Below are positions 1 through 9,538 of a stretch of 64,000 bases of DNA, piece after piece. The notes under the pieces are model-generated. The model ran no database searches, was not told the origin of the DNA, and worked only from the letters and a program-made list of their open reading frames with translations. The stretch is from Candidatus Hydrogenedentota bacterium (lineage in GTDB: Bacteria > Hydrogenedentota > Hydrogenedentia > Hydrogenedentales > SLHB01): assembly GCA_963745075.1 (NCBI GenBank), contig CAVUWV010000031.1:283209-347208 (forward strand). The letters are read 5' to 3'. Both the position numbers and the translations under genes were made by a program. How positions within the stretch are numbered: position 1 is the stretch's first letter; each line of letters begins with the position of its first letter.

Positions 1-1849
1 ATAGGGGATTCCCCACATGGTGGCGCTGTAGCCGGTCTTCTCCGCGATAAAGCGGATTGGCCGCGCCCCATTGCACGGGTGAAGTGTAGACCACGCTGAT
101 GTGGAAAGGATATTCGCGGAAGGCCTCGCTCATTAGCGTCCACGCCTTGCGCGCGTGGGTTGCGCCTTCGGGACCAAACCGCTCCAGCGCCAAGTCATCC
201 AACGCGGTGTCCATACTCAGCGCCGGCGTGCGGCTCATACGCGCGGCCAATTGAAAGTTCGGGGATGGGTACCCGCCCATGGTCCAGCCGATGAGCATTG
301 CGTCCAGCTTAACGGGCTGGAGATTGCGGCAATGCTCCGCGATGAGGTCAAGCACGGGAAGATAGGGAATGCTGGCGATTTCGCAGGTATTGTTGAACTG
401 AATCTCCGTGCCAACCTTTAGACCACGATCGCGCGCGGCCTTCCAGTGGGCCTGCGACCGCGGGCCCGGGCCCACGGCGGAGATCGAGTACTCCCCTACC
501 GTGGATTTGATGCCGCCGCGCTCGATGGGCAGATGCCATTCGCTGACCGACATGAGCCAGACCGATTCCGGGAGCCGCGCGATGATGTCCGGAGCATCGC
601 CGTGGCCCCGCCACCCCCAATCTGATATGAGGACGTTGGCCTCGGGGTTGCCGCGATGGACGCCTTCTTCCAGCACGGACACGACCTCGGTAAGGATATC
701 GGCGTCGCTCCGGTCTTTGCAGTGCGCACAGGAGCGCCAGCCGCCGTGAGACGCGCAATTGGTCAGGTTTTCCGACGCCGTGATTGCATAGATCCCGCCC
801 AGGTCCGGAACTTCGTGAAAGATGTGCGCGAGCGCATCGCTCATCCACCGACGCACCGCTGGATGGGAAGTACACATCGCCGTGAGTTCAGCTTCCTGGA
901 CACCGGCCATTTCAGGACGGCCATCGAAAAACGCCTTCGGCATCGCCCGGGGTTCGTTGACGTAGAGATACACGTTGATGCCGAACTTGGCCGCGCGCTC
1001 GACCAATGCACGAAGGTTGCCCAGGCGCTCCTCGTGGCCGGCGCCAAACTCGGGGAACGCGGCTCCACCCGGCGCCAAATCCCGCAACACGGCCTGTAGC
1101 CAAACGCCATTGATACCGGAAGCCGAAAGCCGCTGAAGCAAACCGTCCGGGTAGGGGTCCAGGTGGGGATTCAGCAAGGGGTCGCCGTACACGGCAACAT
1201 AGGAATAGACGAGGCGCTGCACGGGAGCCCGAGCGTTCTCCCGCTGCGGCGGCGTGTAGTTCGGAATGGGCGCGCTCAGTTGCCGGACGAAATCGAAACG
1301 TGGTTCCCCGGGCCGGCGAATCGCGTCTCCAAACTCCGCTTCGACCACGTGACGAATCTCGGCGGCGCGTCGCTGTGCGGCTTCATCAGGCGCTTGAAAG
1401 CGGAGCGGTTCGCACGCCGGCTTCAACCGGCCCAGCTTGATCCACAAAAAGTCCTCTTCCCGCAGCATGTGGTCCAGGCGCTCGGGCGTCATATCCAATA
1501 ATTCCAGCAACTGGTTGTATGGCAGTAGATGCCAGTTGCGCCGGATGAGCGTGAGGTATCCCCGTTCCATCATTTCGGTTGGAATCGTTGGAGCGGGGGG
1601 CAATCCCATCGACTCGGCCAGTGCGGTGACGTCCAACTCGGAAGCGCCGAGTATCATTGCGAGCTTGGCGGGTTCGACGGCGTTCCAGTTGCGCCAAACG
1701 AACTCGTGGACGCGGTCGGGGAAATAACGGCTCGTGATAGGTGCGGGCGCACTACCGATTGGGAGAATCGGTTCCTCTGCCAAGATCTGCAACGGCAACA
1801 TGAGAAGGTAGACACACGACAGTGCGATGTAAAATAAGGGTTTTACCAT
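1..1849 (-). CDS. Secreted conserved hypothetical protein, possibly glycoside-hydrolase-like (frameshifted near ~1597 and ~55; runs off the window start)
   Basis: Manual translation of the minus strand: MVKPLFYIALSCVYLLMLPLQILAEE (signal-like), FPDRVHEFVWRNWN, then after a shift LIRRNWHLLPYNQLL, YGDPLL, GINGVWLQAVL, VYLYVNEP, GWTMGGYPSPN, YPFHISVVY. Not shown as a long ORF in the track; it has no stop within the window. Confidence 0.7.
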   Translation of the reverse strand, partial: MVKPLFYIALSCVYLLMLPLQILAEEPILPIGSAPAPITSRYFPDRVHEFVWRNWNAVEPAKLAMILGASELDVTALAESMGLPPAPTIPTEMMERGYLTLIRRNWHLLPYNQLLELLDMTPERLDHMLREEDFLWIKLGRLKPACEPLRFQAPDEAAQRRAAEIRHVVEAEFGDAIRRPGEPRFDFVRQLSAPIPNYTPPQRENARAPVQRLVYSYVAVYGDPLLNPHLDPYPDGLLQRLSASGINGVWLQAVLRDLAPGGAAFPEFGAGHEERLGNLRALVERAAKFGINVYLYVNEPRAMPKAFFDGRPEMAGVQEAELTAMCTSHPAVRRWMSDALAHIFHEVPDLGGIYAITASENLTNCASHGGWRSCAHCKDRSDADILTEVVSVLEEGVHRGNPEANVLISDWGWRGHGDAPDIIARLPESVWLMSVSEWHLPIERGGIKSTVGEYSISAVGPGPRSQAHWKAARDRGLKVGTEIQFNNTCEIASIPYLPVLDLIAEHCRNLQPVKLDAMLIGWTMGGYPSPNFQLAARMSRTPALSMDTALDDLALERFGPEGATHARKAWTLMSEAFREYPFHISVVYTSPVQWGAANPLYRGEDRLQRHHVGNPL

Positions 1850-1901
1850 ATCGATTTGTCCTGCCTGCCAACCCGTCACTATTGACTGCGCGAAACGCAA
1901 A

Positions 1902-3540
1902 TTAGAATTCGTTCCGGCCGGTGAAAATGGATCCGGTGGCATCATCGAGACTCACCACGTCGTCTTCGCGCGCATCGACGCGGTAGTGGGTCCCCATGGA
2001 CCGGCGATTGCGCCATGCGGAATGGGCGACGATTCGCGCTGTCTGGGCGATGTTCCGCAGTCCAATCAGTTCGTCCGTGAGGCGGTTAGCGCGATAGAAT
2101 TCATCGATGTCGTCGAGCAGATGGTTGAGTTCGCGCAAGGCGCGCGCCAGGCGGGATGTGCTGCGCGCCAGACCGACGTAGAGCCACATGATGTCCTGAA
2201 CGGTCTGGACGTCGCGAATCATCAACACCGGGTCGGGGACGGAGTTGTGTTCGGCGCTCACCCAGGGGGGCACTTCGTAGCGCGCGTTTTCCGGTCGCCT
2301 ATGGGTTTTGGCGATGTGTTCGGCGGACCGGTATCCCCACACCAACCCTTCCAACAGCGACGTACTCGCGAGCCGGTTGGCGCCGTGCAGGCCGGTGCAA
2401 CTGACTTCGCCGACCGCGTAGAGGTCTTCGATGCTGGTTCTCCCCCACTCGTCGACAAGCACCCCGCCGCAGGCGTAGTGCGCGGCCGGCACCACGGGAA
2501 TGGGCTCCTTCGTAATGTCGAGACCGGCTTCGAGACATTTGGCGTAAATGGTGGGAAATCGCTCGCGGATGAAGTCGGGGCGCATGGTACTCGTGAGGTC
2601 CAGCAAGACATGAGGGTAGCCGTGGGTCACCATCTCCTGATGGATGGCACGGGCGACGATATCGCGTGGCGCGAGGTCTCCCCACTTAGGAGCGTATTCG
2701 GTCATGAAATGTCGACCGTCCGGGGTGAAAAGTTGCGCACCTTCTCCGCGAACGGCTTCGGAAATCAGGAAATTGTGCGCGCCCGTCAACGCCAGCGTCG
2801 TGGGATGAAACTGGATGTACTCCGCGTTTTCGATCCGGGCACCGGCCCGATTGGCCATGGCGAGTCCGTCGCCGCGTGCCCCGGGAGGGTTGGTCGTATT
2901 GCGGTAAATACGGCCGAGGCCGCCGGTGGCGAGAATGGTGGCCCCGGCGAGAATGGTTTCGACGCGGCCATCGGCCTGGTTCAACACGTAGGCCCCCAGA
3001 CAGCGCGTCGGCTCGTACCGTGACTGGGGGTCGCGAACGTGGTGGGACGTTCGTGATGAGATCCACCGTCGTCGCGCCGGTTCGCATGGTCACGTTCGGG
3101 AATTCCGCGAGACGGGCCAGCAGCGCTTCCTCGATGGCACGACCCGTCGCATCGCCCACGTGGAGAATTCGTCGGGCGGAATGGCCGCCTTCTTTCGTAT
3201 ACGACAGGCTGCCGTCGTCTTCGCAATCGAAGGCTACGCCCGCATCTTTGATAAGGATCTCATCGACGAGGCGGCTTCCTTCTTCGGCGAGAATGCGTGC
3301 GGCGCGGTCGAGGCCGGCGCCGGCACCCGCCGCGACAATGTCTTGAACGAGCTTTTCGGCCGTGTCCTTCGGGCCGAGCGTCACAATTCCACCCTGGGCG
3401 TAGCGCGTATTGCACTCACCTGGTGTTCCCGCGCGGGTGACCAGAAGAATCTGGCGTTCGCGATCCTTTGCGAGTTGGAGCGCGGCAGTCGCGCCGCCAA
3501 TCCCGCAACCGGCTATCAGCACATCGATGTTCGTGTTCAT
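1902..3540 (-). CDS. nadB: L-aspartate oxidase (frameshift near ~3040)
   Basis: N-part has the FAD motif IAGCGIGG, YAQGGI and EGGHSARRILH; C-part has ATGGLG, QFHPT, LISEAVRGEG, APRDIVAR, AHYACGG, GLHGANRLASTSLLEG. Two overlapping ORFs (2686-3579 and 1902-2987). Confidence 0.92.
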
Positions 3541-3668
3541 GGTGTGGTACTTGACCTCAAAAGGAACCCTCCCGATCATTGCGACAGGAAGGCTACATGC
3601 TGACAGAACCCGCCCCCTGACTCAAGAACTGATTTGGCCGAAACTGCGCTGGGCTGATTCCTGTCGAG

Positions 3669-4154
3669 TCACGATTCCCGCAAGAGTACCGCGAATTCCA
3701 GCCCATCGGATGGGCGATGGAATCGCTGCGCCGCGCGCAAGCCGGCGCGTTCGCAAACACGAAGCGCCCGTTGGTTGAACGTCGCGACGGTCACGCGAAA
3801 CGCAGTGGGATGGAATTGCTCGACGCCGAAGGAAAGGCCCGCCTGCAAGACGGACAACCCGAGCCCTCGTCCGGTCAGGTCTGGACGCAGCCCGCCGCCC
3901 GTGTCCAGGGCGTCTTCCGTATAGTCGCCGCCTGGCACCCGCGCCTTCATCCCGAAACAGCGAAAGGCAACCGATTCTCCCAATCCGTCCGTAACGGCGA
4001 AGTAGCCCTTCGATGGATCGGCACGTGCGCGAATTGCCTCGTCTGCGCCGACGGAATCCGCGGCGAGGTTGTAGAGCGCGTAGGGCGGGGCATAGCGCCA
4101 GCGGGCAATCTCGTGCGCGAGCGCTTCACTCATTGGTTGGAAATGCAGTTGCAT
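3669..4154 (-). CDS. GNAT family N-acetyltransferase (RimJ/RimL-like)
   Basis: WRYAPPYALYN, GGGLRPDLTGRGLG acetyl-CoA-binding motif, FNQRALRVCERAG. Confidence 0.8.
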   Translation of the reverse strand: MQLHFQPMSEALAHEIARWRYAPPYALYNLAADSVGADEAIRARADPSKGYFAVTDGLGESVAFRCFGMKARVPGGDYTEDALDTGGGLRPDLTGRGLGLSVLQAGLSFGVEQFHPTAFRVTVATFNQRALRVCERAGLRAAQRFHRPSDGLEFAVLLRES

Positions 4155-4166
4155 TGGACATCCCGT

Positions 4167-4977
4167 TCAATCCGCCAAATCCCGAATCTTCTCCGCAACG
4201 AAGATCATTTCGGGGGATTCGTCGGAGAAGAGTGAACGATCGAAGTTCCCATACAGATTGACGACCCTGAACCCGCAGCGGTCGAGGAGATGTTCGACTT
4301 CGTAACGGAAAAAGTACCGGAACGGGAATGCGTGTACGACGCGTTCTTCGCTTCCATCCGGATCGGTTACGTCATAGATGAGTTCGAACGTCCATGACTT
4401 GTTGAACCCGATGCAGCGCGACGATGCGCTGCGCCTGACGCAAGGTTCTACCGTGTGGAAGTGGAACCGTCGATCGATCCTCCTTTTCCTTGTAGGACTC
4501 GGGATCGCAAAGGTACTGCAGATTCGGATGAAAGATATCGAGGATTAGGATCCGGCCCGCTTCGAGGTGACGGTTCACGCATCGTAAGCAGGCAATTTGA
4601 TCTTCGACGGCCACCAAGTGTTGAAAAGACCGAAACGGGGTCGTAACGAGGGCGAAATTCTCCTCGAGATCGAAGTTGGTCATGTCGCCCTGGACGGTGC
4701 GGGCGCGGCTTTGGACCTCTTGTGGTGCGCGCTTCAGTCTTCCGCGGCACTTTTTGAGCATGGGTTCAGAGAGATCGAGTCCGACAATCCGGCAGCCAGC
4801 CTCGGCAACGGGCACGAGCACCCGGCCGGTACCGCATCCCATTTCAAGGGTCGTCCCGTTCGCGGACCGTGCGCTTGATACGTAAAAACCAACATCCTTC
4901 CGAGCCGAATAGGCCGGAATCTGGTCGTACAACTCCGCCAGCGCTGGCAGGTCCGAATAGCCGCCGTATTTGCCCAT
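4167..4977 (-). CDS. Class I SAM-dependent methyltransferase (frameshift near ~4385)
   Basis: LEMGCGTGR, GLDLSEPML, QGDMTNF; the C-terminus continues in another frame (YDVTDPDG...FPFRYFFRYEVEHLL...YGNFD) to TGA at 4167. Confidence 0.85.
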
Positions 4978-5301
4978 ACGTGTCGAAACTCCCCGAATGC
5001 GTGGAAGACGAACCAATCTCAATTCTTGCGGTGTCATGCGCATTGGAAACGTGTATGCAATATACCCGTTGACGGCATCGCGGCACCGGGTTATATTCAA
5101 GGCGGGGTTAGCCCGTGCGGTTCGCGGGCCGGTCCATGGGGGCATCTCGGCTATGAGACGGAGGGACCTGAATGTCGATCCTGTCGATTCTGTGCTACTT
5201 CCTCGAGATCCTGTATCGAATCTTCGGAGGTGTTCCGATTCTGGGAAACCTCATCGCAAATCTTGGCTCATCGCTCTGTGACTGAGACAACGTGATTTCA
5301 C

Positions 5302-5332
5302 CGCCCCGTCCGCCATCCTGGAGGACGGGGCG
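5302..5332. terminator. GC-rich hairpin just downstream of the kinase gene
   Basis: Perfect 10-bp stem CGCCCCGTCC / GGACGGGGCG; no clear U-tract. Confidence 0.4.
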
Positions 5333-5342
5333 TTGTCCGTTC

Positions 5343-8034
5343 CTACATGGAATCGGTCGGCGTTTTGATTCGTCTTTGCGAGGGCGTCAAACGCTCGAGT
5401 TCCGCGAACCAGTTCTGAACGACAATGATTTCCGAAGCGGGCGGAGCGGCGGCAGGCGTGTCCATCTGTTTGATCATTAAGAATCGCGAACTGTCCGAAG
5501 CAACGTCATAGGTGAAGGCGCGGATGGCCGGGGCAAAATACTTCCACGTGAACAGGGGGCGCGGCGGTGACGCGACAAACCGCGGATCGGTTTCGATGGA
5601 GACCGCCATCAGAAACGTCGCCCTCACGAAAGAACAACTCCCGGCCATCCGGGGACCATTCCGGTTCGACCCCTCCTTCGTAAGATATTTGCCATTTGCC
5701 GCCGCGATCGGGAAAGGGCTGTACGTAAACTTCTTCGCGGCCCGTTTCTCCGCCTACATAGGCGATGAATCGACCATCCGGCGAAAGGGATGGCGCGCGT
5801 TCAAACGCACCCGGATCCGACCAACGACGCAAATTCCCCGTGCCGTCCGGCGCGCACAATCCAATGTGCACGTTCTGATTCGTGCTGTATTCGACCAGCA
5901 CAATGAAGCGGCCGTCCGGAGACCACGCATGAGGATGCCGGACATGTGGACCTACGGTCAACACCGTCGACTCACCCGTTCCATCCGTACGTTTGCGGCA
6001 GATCGCCACCCCAGCCTCTTTCAATGTCGAATACGCCAGTTCCCGTCCGTCCGGCGACCAGACGGGGTATTGATTGTCAGCCTGATCGAACGTAATTCGC
6101 TCATTGGCACCCCGTGCGAGATCGATGGTCCAGATGTCGCCTTTAACGCTCACGGCTGCGCGTTCCCCATCAGGGGATATGCGCGCAGCTTCGTACGATC
6201 GCGGGAGCTGGTTGAGCGGCTCCTCATTACCTTCGCGGTCCAGCCACACCAGCGTCCGGGATTCCCGGAAATCCGATTCACTGGCGGTCGGAACATAAAC
6301 GAGCGTCCCTTCGTCCGACACATCGAATTGGACCGCCGGCCATTGGGGAGTGGCGATCCGGCTTTCGGATACCAGAATGGGCGACCCGGTCGCGCGCATT
6401 CCGGCCGCGTCAAAGGGAAGGGCCATCACGCGTCCGCGCTGGGAAAACAAGATATGTCCGGTGGACACATAGGCGGGCCGCAACGCGTGATCGACGAGTA
6501 CCGATGTTTTGCGCGCGGCAAAATCCAACAGCATCACGCGCACAAGATTCAGATCGGGTGCATACGCGGTACCGTAGAGCAAGCCGCGTTCCCCCGGCAG
6601 AACGGAGGGGGAACCGCAAATAAAGCCGCCGGTCCCTTCATCGGGCAGCGGGAGTGGCTCGGGTGCGCCGCCCACGTCGGCGATGCGGAACAATTCGGAA
6701 GGCATGCCCGAAATGAAGTAGATGGTTTCGCCAATCCAATCCACGCCCATCGGGTGGCTGACCTCATGGAGCGTTACCGGGGTTCCACCGTGAATGGATA
6801 CCTTGCGCAAGTGGCCGTCGGGTATGGTGAAGTAACCGATCCATTGACCGTCGGGCGAGAAACAGGGTCGAATCGCGTGGTCGGTGCCGCGTAAGACACG
6901 GGGCTCGAGTTGGTCGAGGGGACGGAGTAGGAGGTGGCGTACGCCGTCGATTACGGCCACGTACACGATTTGTGTGCCGTCCCTCGAAATGGCCACTGCC
7001 GGATCGAGATACTCGCGCGGCGGCGAGACCGGCGCGTTGGGGTCGAGATTAATCGACAAGCGCCGGACCGGAACTCTGGATGCAACCGGCGCCCGTATCG
7101 GCACCGTGTCGCCCCCAATGCCGGAACGCCGGCCCGGACCAGCTTCGCGCATGGCGTCGCGAATTTCCAGCGCGCCGTCCGACATGTCGCGGAGGCGATC
7201 TTTTGTGTCCTTTTCGAGGCAGCGGCGCAACAACACGCGAACCGCCTCTGGCGTCTCGGGTGGTAATGCGGTCCAATCCGGCTCCGAACTTAAGACCGCG
7301 ACCAGCGCGTCGGTTGTCGTGTCGCCTTCAAACGGAGGCCGCCCGGACAGGCATTCGAACAGGCAACAGCCGAAGGACCACACATCGGTCCGTTTATCCA
7401 AGGGTTTCCCGCGGGCCTGTTCGGGGCTCATATAGGCGGGTGTGCCGATAAGGATCCCGTTTTTCGTCGTATGGCTGAGTTCTTCGGATTGCACCCTCGT
7501 TGCCGCATCCGAGAACGCCGCCGGTTCGGGTTCCAGAATCTTTGCAATTCCGAAATCGAGGATTTTCGCGTGTTCTTCAGGCGTGATCTTGATGTTTGCC
7601 GGCTTGAGGTCGCGGTGGATGATATTGCGATCGTGCGCGAACGCAAGCGCCGAGGCAACCTCCTCGAAGAAACGCAGGGCATTCCGAGAAGGTATCGCGC
7701 CGCGCTGCACCCGTTGCGCGAGCGTATCGCCCTCCACGAGCTGCATAACGATGAATGGGAAGGGGCCGTCTTGTTTGAAATCGAAGATGGCGCCGATTGC
7801 CGGATGATCGAGCTGTGCAAGCGCTCGGGCCTCGCGCTCGAATCGCGCCATACGCTCCCGATCGTCTTTGTATGCTTCCGGCAAAACTTTAATGGCGACC
7901 TCGCGGCCGAGTTTCGTATCGACAGCACGGTACACCTCACCCATGCCGCCTGCGCCAAGCAGACCGCGAATCTCGAAAGTGCCCAATCGCGTTCCGGCGG
8001 TAATCGCCACCTTGAACCAAGCCTCCAGCGCCAA
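5343..8034 (-). CDS. Hanks-type Ser/Thr protein kinase fused to TolB/PD40-like beta-propeller repeats (frameshift near ~5615; start may be GTG 8010)
   Basis: GAGGMGEVY, VAIKVL, HRDLKPANI, DFGIAK, GTPAYMSPEQ, DVWSFG; repeated (F/W)SPDG motifs; C-terminus in ORF 5343-5648 (YDVASD..RFLMIK..IVVQNWFAEL). Confidence 0.92.
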
Positions 8035-8293
8035 GCTGAAACTCGTTTATAGCAGATTGAGGCGTGGCGCCGCATTATGAAGATGCGTCGTCGTGTCCGC
8101 TCGAATCTGTCCTTTCCGCGCGAACATCCCCGTTCGTGAGAAGTGACTACCGAAGCGGTGGAAAGTGCAGGGGCCGAAGGTTTTACGCGTTCGGCGGGGG
8201 AAATGTTGACGGTCTGCGTGGCATTGCGGCCGCAGGCAGCAAGCGCGGCGGGAATTCCCGTCGAGGCGGGGCCCGGGCCAAGACGAGAAATGC

Positions 8294-8322
8294 TTGAAAA
8301 GCACGTTGCGCCACGCTACGCT
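8294..8322 (+). promoter_or_regulatory. Putative sigma70-type promoter
   Basis: TTGAAA-N17-TACGCT about 65 nt upstream of ATG 8388. Confidence 0.45.
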
Positions 8323-8387
8323 AGGCTCGATGACCGTATAGGATATTCTTCTTTCTTTTCAGCTTGGTCGGCATCTTCGAGGATAGT

Positions 8388-8791
8388 ATGATGCTTGGTG
8401 AAGAGTCTGCCATTCTAAATTTTGATCGGGTCCTGAACTACGCCGTCCGTGTGTCGGGCCGGTACCAGCGAAACCTATCGCTTGTCATGCTCAGCAGCGA
8501 AGAAGAGGGTGCTGATGTGACGGCCGAATTTTCCCCCACCTGCGGCGCAGCGACGAAGTGCTGGAGTTTCGCGACTGCACGGCGGTGTTGATGGGCGAAA
8601 CAAACGGCGCCGGCGCGATGAAAGCCGTGGAGCGGTTCAAAAGCGGATTGAACGGCCATTCCGACGTGCGGTACGCCATTGCCTCTTTCCCGGACGACGG
8701 GGAAGCCGCAGGAAAACTCTTTATGAGCGCCCGCCGGCGGCTGGACTTGGCGCGCAGTAAAGGCCCGGGCGCGGTCGTCGCATCCGGTTGA
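8388..8791 (+). CDS. Small stand-alone degenerate GGDEF-like protein (frameshift near ~8535)
   Basis: Joined reading: RYQRNLSLVML...HLRRSDEVLEFRDCTAVLMGETNGAGAMKAVERF...IASFPDDG...LFMSARRRLDLAR. GGDEF-fold signature residues are present but the GG(D/E)EF motif is absent. Confidence 0.65.
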
Positions 8792-8855
8792 AACAACGCG
8801 GGCCGTCCCGGTTTCCCGTGAACGGCCCGACGTTTGTATCTTCAGGGTGTAATGG

Positions 8856-9278
8856 CTAGGCTTCGCTGGAACCCACGATGCGCCACACATCCCCTTCTTT
8901 CTTCAGCGCGATGTTGAGGTTCATGGCGCCGGCGCTGCTTGACAGGGTAACCGGACTGACCGTGGCGTTCCCATCGTTAATGGTGATCTGCGCCGAGTCC
9001 AGATCCACGGTCAGACTATCCAAGTAGCCCATGCTGATGGCTTCCTTGAGAAAGTCAAGCATCTGTGCCTTACCGCGACCTTCACCGTCAGTGAAGTCTT
9101 CCGAATAGGCCATACCCGCCTGGTCGGCGTTCTTCGCGATCAAACCGGCCTTCCATTCATTCATCGTGTTCATGATGAGTTCCCGGTCGCTGGGGCCCTT
9201 CTGGCCCGTGGCACACCCGAATCCCAACAGCAGTACCACCGATACCGACAACATCTGAAATGCGACTTTCACGTTCAC
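8856..9278 (-). CDS. Putative lipoprotein, NTF2-like fold
   Basis: GTG start after AGGAAGGGGG; hydrophobic stretch ending LGFGC; YSEDF and LKKEGDVWRIV typical of NTF2-like domains. Confidence 0.65.
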   Translation of the reverse strand: MNVKVAFQMLSVSVVLLLGFGCATGQKGPSDRELIMNTMNEWKAGLIAKNADQAGMAYSEDFTDGEGRGKAQMLDFLKEAISMGYLDSLTVDLDSAQITINDGNATVSPVTLSSSAGAMNLNIALKKEGDVWRIVGSSEA

Positions 9279-9538
9279 GATATGCCCCCTTCCTTCTCTC
9301 GCTACGCTTGTGCGTTCTCGATCACGGGCGGTGCACCCGCCCCGCGAGATGATAATGCCATCCACCACCCACGGTCAACACGCCGGTACCCCGACTGTCA
9401 AAGCTCGGAACCCCGACCAAACCTGCTCGAAACATATACTACGAGAATCGCTTCGCGCGTCGAGGTATTTGGCACGCCAACTGCACGAAGGTCAACGTCC
9501 AGTATCAGGCGGATCCACGAATCGAAGTCCTTGCACGG

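Noticed and set aside
9470..9485. sigma54-like TGGCAC-N5-CTGCA motif
   Set aside because: It lies on the plus strand pointing into the 3' end of a minus-strand gene, with no downstream sense gene; probably chance.
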